Below are positions 51,901-60,584 of a stretch of DNA of 64,000 bases, in pieces (within the stretch, counting starts at the first letter, position 1; each line of letters begins with the position of its first letter). The position numbers and the translations under genes were made by a program. The stretch comes from Fibrobacterales bacterium (lineage in GTDB: Bacteria > Fibrobacterota > Fibrobacteria > Fibrobacterales > JAOPTW01). The notes under the pieces were generated by a model. It worked only from the letters and a program-made list of their open reading frames with translations. It was not told the origin of the DNA and did not search any database. Where the stretch lies: contig JAOPTX010000023.1 of NCBI GenBank assembly GCA_051532055.1, positions 1 to 64,000 on the forward strand, read 5' to 3'.

Positions 51901-51935
51901 AAAAAATAGCAACCATTGTCAGGTTGCTATTTTTT
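51901..51935 (-). terminator. Terminator after the symporter
   Basis: AAAAAATAGCAACC..GGTTGCTATTTTTT. Confidence 0.85.
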
Positions 51936-51956
51936 AAAGAAAAAGGCTCTTTTACT

Positions 51957-53930
51957 CTATTTATCGAGAGGAGCGAGTCCTTCATTATCTTTTTGCGTTT
52001 TAAGTGAAACTACTATGAGTGTTAAAAAACTAAGGGGTATTGAGATGATACCAGGATTATCGAGCCCTAGAATTGCGTTACTCGGGTCGAGACCATATTT
52101 CAGATACATACTCGGCGAAACAAGGATAATTGACAATGCGGAGACCATCCCCACCCCAATTGACCAGGCAATACCTTTAGCAGTTGTTTTTTTCCAAAAA
52201 AGCAGCATTATTATGGATGGTAAATTAGCCGAGGCAGCTACTGCAAATGCCCACCCAACGAGGAACGAAACATTCATTCCTTTAAATGCGATTCCAAGAA
52301 ATATAGCGATAATACCTACAGCAAAAGCAGCAATTTTACCCGCCTTTACCTTACCGTGATCAGTCATCTTAATCCCGAGATAATTATCCATAAGATCGTG
52401 TGCCACCGCGCCAGAGGCAGCGACAATCAAACCAGAAACCGTACCAAGTACTGTAGCAAAAGCAATAGCTGATATAATAGAGAAGAGCGTGAGACTAAAT
52501 GCCTTTGCCAGAAGTGGCGCCGACATATTCCCCGACTCAACATCAATCACACCAGAAGTCATTGCACCAAGACCCATAAAAAGAGTGAGTACGTAAAAGA
52601 AACCGATACCTGCAATTGCAACAATTGTCGATTTTCGTGCGTCACGCTGAGAGGGAACGGTATAATACCTTATGAGAATATGAGGCAGTGCAGCAGTACC
52701 AAAAAAGAGAGCAAGCATAAGTGAGATAAAGTTTATTTTACCCATATTAGACTTTGTTTCAAATTTTTGCCCTGGCACCATAAAGTCTTCACCCTTGGTG
52801 ATTTCTGGCACAAAGAGAGTGACCTTCTCATCACCATCAATAAATTTTGCTCTCTTAAGTTTAGGATACCGAACAACTTCAGTATTATTAAGAGTAGAGA
52901 AGTATTCAAGAATACCTAGAGACCCCGTTTCTTCGACCTCTTTACCGTCTACCACTATTTTGGTAAGATAGCCAACAGCCTTCATCTTGCCCTCTTCTTT
53001 AGGCGCGCCATTATACCATGCACTTCCATCTTTTCTCATGGTTTTAAACTGAGTTTGTTCGAGTTTTACGGTTCCATCTAACTCAACAAGTAACCACCAC
53101 CCATCAACACCCTCTTTTTGAGTTTTAACAAATGTCTTTCCAGATGTACCATCTTTCTTTTGAAGAACAATAGAATGAGGGTTTTTAGAAACAGCAAGAA
53201 GAGTATTTGTAGAGTCCCCATCAGTAACTGCCCCTTGAGGAAACGCCACTACACCATTATTAACAACGACATCAATATAGGTCGGCATAAAAACATCTGT
53301 TTTTGGCTTTGTTGTAAGACCTTTATCGAGTACTACAAAAGTGATAACCGTTGTAAAAATGATGAGCAATCCACCTTTAAGAAACTGCACGTAGGTTGTT
53401 GAAGTCATGCCTGCTGTTGCAACAATAAATATCACAATGGCACCCACCATAACAACACCAATCCAATGATCCAGCCCAAGAAGCGGTGTAACTAATACTC
53501 CAGCACCCACCATCTGAGGAATCAGATAAAAGAGTGATACCATCAGTGTGGAGACAGCAGCCATGAACTGTATTTTCTTTGAATTAAATCTTGAATCAAG
53601 AGCGTCCGTAAATGTGAATTTGCCAAGACGCTTCATAGGTTCTGCGACAACAAACAGGGCAACAATCCACCCAGCCAAATACCCAATAGAGTAGAGAAAC
53701 CCATCATACCCCATGGTAGCAATCATTCCACATATACCGAGAAACGATGCAGCCGAAAGATAATCACCGGCAAAGGCAACACCATTAACAAACCAATGTA
53801 TGGTTCCTCCTGCTGCAAAATAACCTGCAGAAGATTTAGCTTTACGCGCAAAGAAAAATGAAAGGCCCAGTACGACGCCCACAAACATAGCGAAAATTGC
53901 AATCGCTATTGGACTTGCGATATAATTCAT
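51957..53930 (-). CDS. Sodium:solute symporter, ActP-like (cation/acetate), with large loop insertion
   Basis: NG.A.AGDYLSAASFLG, YLIPQMVGAG, GTAALPHIL.RYYTV, AFATVL.TV.GL, AASANLP. Confidence 0.92.
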   Translation of the reverse strand: MNYIASPIAIAIFAMFVGVVLGLSFFFARKAKSSAGYFAAGGTIHWFVNGVAFAGDYLSAASFLGICGMIATMGYDGFLYSIGYLAGWIVALFVVAEPMKRLGKFTFTDALDSRFNSKKIQFMAAVSTLMVSLFYLIPQMVGAGVLVTPLLGLDHWIGVVMVGAIVIFIVATAGMTSTTYVQFLKGGLLIIFTTVITFVVLDKGLTTKPKTDVFMPTYIDVVVNNGVVAFPQGAVTDGDSTNTLLAVSKNPHSIVLQKKDGTSGKTFVKTQKEGVDGWWLLVELDGTVKLEQTQFKTMRKDGSAWYNGAPKEEGKMKAVGYLTKIVVDGKEVEETGSLGILEYFSTLNNTEVVRYPKLKRAKFIDGDEKVTLFVPEITKGEDFMVPGQKFETKSNMGKINFISLMLALFFGTAALPHILIRYYTVPSQRDARKSTIVAIAGIGFFYVLTLFMGLGAMTSGVIDVESGNMSAPLLAKAFSLTLFSIISAIAFATVLGTVSGLIVAASGAVAHDLMDNYLGIKMTDHGKVKAGKIAAFAVGIIAIFLGIAFKGMNVSFLVGWAFAVAASANLPSIIMLLFWKKTTAKGIAWSIGVGMVSALSIILVSPSMYLKYGLDPSNAILGLDNPGIISIPLSFLTLIVVSLKTQKDNEGLAPLDK

Positions 53931-54211
53931 TCTTTCACCTCTTTATTAAGTGCATTCTCTTTTTGGGTGCAAAAGTGGTTATAGACAAGTCCAAGTAATA
54001 CCGCAAATATGATGAGGCCCATGCCATAAATAATTGCAAGATTAACACCTGCAAATGCCTTGGTCCCCAATAATTCGGTTTTGAAAACTGCAATACCTAC
54101 AAACCCCATATAGATGAGACAATAAAGCCAAAAGAGTTTTATACCCAATTTTGCTTTCCACTCGGAAGCATTGTCCTTCCCAAGTTTTACTGCTGGTCCA
54201 TGACCTGCCAT
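53927..54211 (-). CDS. DUF485 (YjcH-like) small membrane partner of ActP-type symporter
   Basis: Two TM segments, GGAGG SD in front of ATG 54211, and ATGA overlap with the symporter. Confidence 0.85.
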   Translation of the reverse strand: MAGHGPAVKLGKDNASEWKAKLGIKLFWLYCLIYMGFVGIAVFKTELLGTKAFAGVNLAIIYGMGLIIFAVLLGLVYNHFCTQKENALNKEVKE

Positions 54212-54237
54212 TATGACCTCCTGAATAATACATTGAC

Positions 54238-54253
54238 TTACAACTTTGTAAAT
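54238..54253. promoter_or_regulatory. Operator copy 1: TTACAA-N2-TTGTAA
   Basis: Identical 16-mer in inverted orientation at 56037-56052. Confidence 0.75.
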
Positions 54254-54367
54254 CCTTTTTGAAAAGTAACAAGAATTCAATTTTTGCCGTGAGTAATAAA
54301 CATCGGGAGTCAATAAAATGGACGGCTTACTCCATTAAAGAGGACGCACTTCTTCGATCCTGAGTAC

Positions 54368-54400
54368 AAAAAAAGGCCACTTTCCATAGAAAGCAGCCTC
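54368..54400 (-). terminator. Terminator after DUF3360 gene
   Basis: AGGCTGCTTTC-TATG-GAAAGTGGCCT followed by a T-run on the minus strand. Confidence 0.85.
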
Positions 54401-54419
54401 AATACTAATAAGAATTTGC

Positions 54420-55949
54420 TTACAGTATAGCAGGAATACCTGGAAGTTGGCCAACGAGAGCCAAAGAACCAATACATATTATAAAAGCTGCACCAGGAAT
54501 AAGAAGCTTATCTTTCCACGAAAGCTCTTTTGCGCGCTCTGCATCACCAATAAATCCAAGATTGTCAAGAAGCATGGTAGTAGCCCAACCAAATACCGGA
54601 TTAACAAAAGCACATGCAAAAATACAGATACCTGCACTGAGCGAATCTTTGTGTTTATGAACCATCTGCATACCAGCTTCAAGAAGTGGTAAGAAAACAC
54701 CAACAATCAACGCGACACGAAGCACAGGCTCCCACATAGCAAGGTCCATTGGAAATCCAAGTACTGACGCCACTATACATAGAAGACCTGTGAGTAACGC
54801 ACCGCCTGGAATTGGGCGTTTTGCAATTGCCGCAGGAATCATATAAGTACCCCACGATGATGCAAGGTTACCACCCCCAAGAAACGACCCAACACCCTGG
54901 CGAATTGAAGCGCCAATCATAGTGTCATCAACATTCATCAACACACCTTTCGCATCTTTTGGATAGTTCATCTCTTGAAATACTCGGTGGCCAAGATAAT
55001 CCGGAGACCACATCGCCACTGCTAGAATTGCAAAAGGAATAACCGCGACAAAATGACCGAGATTAGGCCATCCCATAAGCCATCCGGTATTATCTCCCCA
55101 CCAATACAATGGACTAAAATGCGGAAGACCCGGTGATGTTGAAAATGAAAAGTCTGCACCACAAGCAAGAGCAACAATCCCCGCGAGTGCAGAACAAAGA
55201 GGAATTGCCAACCAGCGTTTATTTACTTTTGCAAGATAGGCATACACAAGAAGTGTAACACCGATAACCGCAAAAGAGACATACCCCATAGAAGCATCAG
55301 CAGCAACTAGTTTAGTTGCACTTACTGATCCATCAGGTAATAAGCTGCCAGCCCATTTCCCTAATTTCCCAATCTGCCCCATTAACCCGAAGGCCCCGAG
55401 ATAAATAAGGAGTCCACCCCTCACACCAACCCCCGTTAGTGTCATAAGTTTTGACCCTCCTTTAGTAAAGGCCAAAATAAGTCCAAAAACTCCTACCATT
55501 ACTCCTAGAGCGAGAGGGTGACCACCAGCTGCTGCAATCATAGCAATAAGCGGAATCATTGGTCCATGAGTCCCTGCAAGGTTAGCATTTGGATTGAGAA
55601 TTGCCGAGAAAAGAATAACAAAAAGGAGGCCCGCAATGAGTAACTCGTACCGCACATTTTCTGCAATAAACGCTAATTTATCAGCTTCAGGAAGATGGAA
55701 AAGGTCAAAACCTGGAGCATTTGCAAAAGCTGCGACACAAGCAGTCACCATAACCACTTTGCCAATGGTGGCGGCGAGCGCTGGAACCCAGTCTTCAATT
55801 TCGATATTGTAATCTTTAAACGGGAGGTGAATACCCCATCTTCGAAAACTCATTATTTTTAACTCGTGATTTAGATACTCTTCACGGTTATCAAACTCTT
55901 TTGATTTTTTCCGCATCTGTTTATAGAATTGGTTTGGATCTTTAGCCAT
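54420..55949 (-). CDS. DUF3360 family polytopic membrane protein (putative transporter)
   Basis: F..REEYL.HEL.IM...RW, EDWVPA.A.TIGK, ANLAGTHGP.IP, WSPD.LGHRVFQ, SSWGTY. Confidence 0.85.
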   Translation of the reverse strand: MAKDPNQFYKQMRKKSKEFDNREEYLNHELKIMSFRRWGIHLPFKDYNIEIEDWVPALAATIGKVVMVTACVAAFANAPGFDLFHLPEADKLAFIAENVRYELLIAGLLFVILFSAILNPNANLAGTHGPMIPLIAMIAAAGGHPLALGVMVGVFGLILAFTKGGSKLMTLTGVGVRGGLLIYLGAFGLMGQIGKLGKWAGSLLPDGSVSATKLVAADASMGYVSFAVIGVTLLVYAYLAKVNKRWLAIPLCSALAGIVALACGADFSFSTSPGLPHFSPLYWWGDNTGWLMGWPNLGHFVAVIPFAILAVAMWSPDYLGHRVFQEMNYPKDAKGVLMNVDDTMIGASIRQGVGSFLGGGNLASSWGTYMIPAAIAKRPIPGGALLTGLLCIVASVLGFPMDLAMWEPVLRVALIVGVFLPLLEAGMQMVHKHKDSLSAGICIFACAFVNPVFGWATTMLLDNLGFIGDAERAKELSWKDKLLIPGAAFIICIGSLALVGQLPGIPAIL

Positions 55950-56036
55950 CTATTTTATTCTCCATCTATTGTGATAAAGGGGATTTCGAGCCCCTTCTAG
56001 TTCGTCTATCAAGTCGGGCAAAAGGTAGAAAATTCT

Positions 56037-56052
56037 ATTTACAAAGTTGTAA
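56037..56052. promoter_or_regulatory. Operator copy 2: ATTTACAAAGTTGTAA
   Basis: Identical to the reverse complement of 54238-54253. Confidence 0.75.
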
Positions 56053-56237
56053 TCATGGTCATTATTTAAGCCTGTACTGAAAAATGATTTTCCGCAACAT
56101 TTTTCTGATCGGCACTCATATTTTATTGATCTTTTCTCGCATATTATCATACGATCCATTCAGATTGAGATTAGGTTTTAACAGTACCCATAATAATTTC
56201 ATCAATCTATTAGAGTTCAAATATCTATAATTGAACT

Positions 56238-58817
56238 ATGAAAATTACTGACCATGCAAATCATACAGAGAAACTCTTTGGAGTACGAGCTGAAGACATC
56301 CATAAATGGATCGATGGCTTTTTTGACCACGATAGCTTTCAACAACACATTGGCACTGGCCAATCGTTTGCATACAATCCTTATGACCATCGCAAATTCA
56401 GACACTGTCAAGAAGCATTAGATGAAGCGTATACCGAATTTAGTGACACCTACTCTCAGCATGACATTAAAAATGTTTTTGAGCAGCACATTAAAGACGA
56501 TTATAACGGGTACATCCCTACCCGAACCGATTTTGAGAACGGCACCTTTACTCAAAAATATCACGACGCACTCCATATCGGAGAATGGAACACCATTCTC
56601 GATTCCCAAGAACTCTCAGATTATTTCAAAGGAGTCGGTACTTTTGACAGCTATCAAAAACCCAATCACTTTGTCAGTACCTTTGGATTTAGAATTGTCG
56701 CACCCACCGTCATAGCCATCTTCCTCTTTATCACCGCCATCTTTTTGGTGATTGTACCAGTTTTTGAAGAGTCGATGATTGGACAAAAAAAGCTGATGAT
56801 CAAGGAACTCACTGCATCTGCTGTGAGCATTGTAGAGCAGTACAAATCAAAAAGTGATGCAGGATTCTTAACGATTGAAAACGCACAACAAAGAGCTGCT
56901 CAAGAAATTCAATCGATGCGCTATGGCACGGGTAACAAAGACTATTTCTTTATCACCGATATGAACCCTACCATGATTATGCACCCTTACCGTAAGGAGC
57001 TTACTGGTAAGGACCTCAGCAACTACACCGATACCGAAAATAAAAGCGGCAAAAAACTTTTCGTCGAATTTGTCAATCTAGTCAAGGAACATTCTGAAGG
57101 ATATCTCAAATATCGTTGGCAGTGGATGGATGATGCTGAAACCTCCGTTCCAAAACTATCCTATGTCCGCGGTGTACCAGACTGGAATTGGGTCGTGGGA
57201 ACCGGAGTCTACATTAACGACATAGAAGATGAGATTGAACGACTCGAACACACACTCTATCAAACGTTCTTTGCCATCACTCTTGGCCTTATTCTAATCA
57301 TGACCTATATCATCACCCAAAGTCGCACTACTGAAAACCGGAAACGGCGTGCAGAAGTCCTACTGCATGAAGCCAAGGACCGATATCGAGCTTTGGTAGA
57401 ATCTTCGAATGAAGGGTATATCCTCGAAGCTGAAGGATCTATTATCTATTCAAATCACCGACTCCAACAGATGGTTGGATATACTGAATTAGAACTCAAC
57501 AACCACTCTATTTGGGAAAAGCTCTTCCCCAATAACCCCATAAATATCCCAGTCCTTCATCACCTCTTGGCTCTTTTTAACCATTCAGCTGAACCTGCAG
57601 AATTTGAGGCGCAACTCTATACACAATCAGGAAAAACAATTGATATCATACTCAGTACCTCAAAGATTTTTTTATCAGAAAAACAAGGGCATGTAATATC
57701 CTTTAGACCCATCATCCGTAAGACCTATAGCAATGCTTTTACTTCAGAGAAGAAAATTAATGATTATACTGGTCTTTCAAGTACCATTGTTGAAGAGATA
57801 CAAGAAAGCAACTCCCTGGGCCATATTGTAGAGTCGCTCAACCAACTACCCATTCTTATTCGCTCAATGATTCATCAAGGGTCAACTCCCGACAATCTCC
57901 GTCGCGTTATCGGGGCAGCATATGATTCCGCAATTAAACGATTCATTACCCTCTCCATTACCGAACTTGGTCAACCACCAGTTTCTTTCTCATTTATATC
58001 TCTGGGGAGTAATGCACGACACGATATGACCCTCTTCTCTGACCAAGACAATGCTATTGTATTTGATCTTCCCGATGGCCACGATATTGATAAAGTACGT
58101 CGATATTTTTTACACCTTGCCGACAAAGTATGCGCCATGCTTAACCAAGCGGGCTATCCCTACTGCGAAGGAAGAATCATGGCCACCAATCCTCAATGGT
58201 GTTTAAGTGTCGAAGAGTGGCATAATAATTTCAGCGACTGGATAACTCATGCATCACCTGGCTCAATACTCGAAGTGAATGTCTTCTTTGATATACGCTC
58301 TACCTATGGAGATCAAGTACTCGTTGATCGAATACAAGATCATATTGTTGCAGTCAATAAGGAAAACCAACAGTTCTTTATTCACTACGCTAAAAACTGT
58401 CTCGCCTATAAACCCCCACTCAACCTTTTTGGTAAACTCAAAACTGAGACACGAGATGGCGTGAAGTCAATCAACCTTAAAGAGTGCCTCAGGCCTATGG
58501 AAATTTTTTGCAGAATATATGCTCTTAAGCATGATATTCGTGATGCAAACACTATTTCAAGATTAAAACACCTTGTTGCCTGTGGAGAAATTCACGAAGA
58601 AAGCTACAGAGAGATGGTCTATATATTTGATCACATATGGAATTTACGTTTTATGAATCAGATTATTGAATACACCGATCTTAGAAAAGTAAATGATGTA
58701 TTGGCCATTAATGATTTGACTGATCTTGAACAACAAAATTTAAGAAATGTTCTTTCAAAAATTTCACTCTTCCAGACTAAAATCAGTTATGACTTTTTTG
58801 GTGGAGCACAGATATAA
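56238..58817 (+). CDS. Membrane sensor: His-rich N-domain + TM + Cache_2 + TM + PAS + DUF294/DUF294_C nucleotidyltransferase
   Basis: Cache motif RYG...DYFFI.D.....MHP...GK..F....G...Y.W...PKLSYV...W.WVVGTGVY; NTase motif GS.AR.D....SDQDNA at 58005-58055; C.G.IMA.NP.W; FFD.R..YGD. Confidence 0.88.
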   Translation: MKITDHANHTEKLFGVRAEDIHKWIDGFFDHDSFQQHIGTGQSFAYNPYDHRKFRHCQEALDEAYTEFSDTYSQHDIKNVFEQHIKDDYNGYIPTRTDFENGTFTQKYHDALHIGEWNTILDSQELSDYFKGVGTFDSYQKPNHFVSTFGFRIVAPTVIAIFLFITAIFLVIVPVFEESMIGQKKLMIKELTASAVSIVEQYKSKSDAGFLTIENAQQRAAQEIQSMRYGTGNKDYFFITDMNPTMIMHPYRKELTGKDLSNYTDTENKSGKKLFVEFVNLVKEHSEGYLKYRWQWMDDAETSVPKLSYVRGVPDWNWVVGTGVYINDIEDEIERLEHTLYQTFFAITLGLILIMTYIITQSRTTENRKRRAEVLLHEAKDRYRALVESSNEGYILEAEGSIIYSNHRLQQMVGYTELELNNHSIWEKLFPNNPINIPVLHHLLALFNHSAEPAEFEAQLYTQSGKTIDIILSTSKIFLSEKQGHVISFRPIIRKTYSNAFTSEKKINDYTGLSSTIVEEIQESNSLGHIVESLNQLPILIRSMIHQGSTPDNLRRVIGAAYDSAIKRFITLSITELGQPPVSFSFISLGSNARHDMTLFSDQDNAIVFDLPDGHDIDKVRRYFLHLADKVCAMLNQAGYPYCEGRIMATNPQWCLSVEEWHNNFSDWITHASPGSILEVNVFFDIRSTYGDQVLVDRIQDHIVAVNKENQQFFIHYAKNCLAYKPPLNLFGKLKTETRDGVKSINLKECLRPMEIFCRIYALKHDIRDANTISRLKHLVACGEIHEESYREMVYIFDHIWNLRFMNQIIEYTDLRKVNDVLAINDLTDLEQQNLRNVLSKISLFQTKISYDFFGGAQI

Positions 58818-58855
58818 AAAATGCCAGTAAGGCTGTCCCCCTACTAGCATTTTTT
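58816..58855. terminator. Bidirectional terminator
   Basis: AAAAAATGC.AGTA..TACT.GCATTTTTT between convergent genes. Confidence 0.7.
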
Positions 58856-58874
58856 AAAATCAAATCTATTCGTA

Positions 58875-59378
58875 TTATGCAACAGCGGTTGTTGTTCGAC
58901 CACCCAACTCTTTATCAAGAAGATACAGACCATTTGCCTGTTGATCAACAAGAGAAATTTGATCGAGAATCCCTTGAACCGTTGCCTCTTCTTCAACCTG
59001 CTCATCAATATACCAACGCATCATTGATTCTGTAGCAAGGTCATCTTCTTTACGGGCCAGTTTTAACAGTCCCTCAATAGTCGTTGTAATATACTTTTCG
59101 TGAGCGAGTGCTTTTTCAAAAACATCCTGCATTGAGTCAAATGATTCATTCACTTTTCCAAAAGCATTGTACGATGGTTTTCCACCACGACTAAAGATAT
59201 AGTTATAAAACTTCCAAGCATGCATCATCTCTTCTTCAGCCTGCATTCTCATCCAATGAGCGCATCCCGGAAGCTTATTATCTTCAAAATATGCCGCCAT
59301 AGCAACATAGACAAAGTACGACTTCATCTCTTCATTCATCTGTGTATTTAATGCTTCCATCATAATAGCATTTGTCAT
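58875..59378 (-). CDS. ftnA: Non-heme ferritin
   Basis: LN.Q.NEE..S...Y, Q.EEE..H, HE..IT, EQVEEE, LDKEL. Confidence 0.93.
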   Translation of the reverse strand: MTNAIMMEALNTQMNEEMKSYFVYVAMAAYFEDNKLPGCAHWMRMQAEEEMMHAWKFYNYIFSRGGKPSYNAFGKVNESFDSMQDVFEKALAHEKYITTTIEGLLKLARKEDDLATESMMRWYIDEQVEEEATVQGILDQISLVDQQANGLYLLDKELGGRTTTAVA

Positions 59379-59493
59379 GGTATACCTCGCCCTTACAGTT
59401 ATTATCTATATGCCTTAATTAGGCCCTCATTCTTGCTATACAAAATAACAAAAGAGAAGACTGATTACGGGTTTGATTTCATTAAACAGCTAA

Positions 59494-59850
59494 TCAAAGA
59501 TAGAGTTCTTGCCAAATTTCTTCTTTAAAACCAACTGAACCCTTGTCACCACTAATTACAAAGGGGCGTTTTACAAGATTACCATCTGCTGCGAGTGCAT
59601 CTATAGCCTCAGCGACTGTAATATCTTTTATCTTATCTTTCCAGTTCTCAGCCTTATATACTACACCACTCGTATTAAATAATTTTTTTATTTCCCCTTC
59701 ATAGATTTTAAGCATTTGCTTAAGCTCTTTTTTAGTTGGGGCTTTTTCACGTATTGGCACCTCAGTAACTTCGAGACCATTTGCTTCTGCAAATTTTACT
59801 GCTTTTCTACAGGTACCACATTTATTATAGGTATATGCTTTAATTGCCAT
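59494..59850 (-). CDS. ArsC/Spx/MgsR (YffB-like) family protein
   Basis: CGTCRKA, FNTSG..Y, LVKRP, VGFKEE.W. Confidence 0.9.
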   Translation of the reverse strand: MAIKAYTYNKCGTCRKAVKFAEANGLEVTEVPIREKAPTKKELKQMLKIYEGEIKKLFNTSGVVYKAENWKDKIKDITVAEAIDALAADGNLVKRPFVISGDKGSVGFKEEIWQELYL

Positions 59851-60035
59851 TGTATCTCCTTTTTGTATAATCGAGAAATTCAATGCTCCCTTTTGGGGTA
59901 CAATGCCTCAATTTCGAACTTGTAATAACTCTTCTAATTTTAGAATATACTCAGACAAAGTCTATATATTTAGTAGACAATAGGTATATTTAGACAAATA
60001 AGATGAATGAAATAAACATTTAAAACGAGGTAACT

Positions 60036-60575
60036 ATGCTCGACAACCCAACATATGATCCAGTTGCAGTCCAACCCTTTAGAGACGAACTTACTAACGT
60101 AGGTTTTGAAGAGGTCACAACCCCAGAAGAAGTTGATAAAGCAATTATTGAATCTAAAGACAAGACTCTTCTTGTAATGCTTAACTCTGTTTGCGGATGC
60201 TCTGCTGGTTCAGCACGCCCCGGTATATGTGCATCACTTCAAAATGAAAAAATTCCAGATAGAATGGTTGCCCTTTTTGCAGGCCAAGAAAAGTCAGCAA
60301 TTTCACACCTGAGAACGAATCACCTCTTTAAGTTTGAGCCATCATCACCGAATATTTTGCTCTTTGCTGATGGCAAATTAATTCATGGACTTTTTAGGCC
60401 CCATATTGAACAAATGGATGCTGATGCAATTCGTGATATTCTTGTGAAGTTTTATAATGAATTTTGCTCAGCTGAGGGACCATCAATTCCTCGTGATGAC
60501 TACGACAAACTTGAATACACCATAAGTTGTGGATCTAAAATTGCCCGTTTGGATGATGTAGAACCACACTGCTAA
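60036..60575 (+). CDS. BrxA/BrxB family bacilliredoxin with Cys-containing C-terminal extension
   Basis: NSVCGCSAGSARP, FAGQ, PSSP. Confidence 0.9.
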   Translation: MLDNPTYDPVAVQPFRDELTNVGFEEVTTPEEVDKAIIESKDKTLLVMLNSVCGCSAGSARPGICASLQNEKIPDRMVALFAGQEKSAISHLRTNHLFKFEPSSPNILLFADGKLIHGLFRPHIEQMDADAIRDILVKFYNEFCSAEGPSIPRDDYDKLEYTISCGSKIARLDDVEPHC

Positions 60576-60584
60576 AACATCCCC

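Noticed and set aside
55950..56159. 69-aa ORF or riboswitch upstream of DUF3360
   Set aside because: The ORF spans the promoter and operator and has no SD. The leader has only one short hairpin (55977-55996), and I recognised no aptamer.
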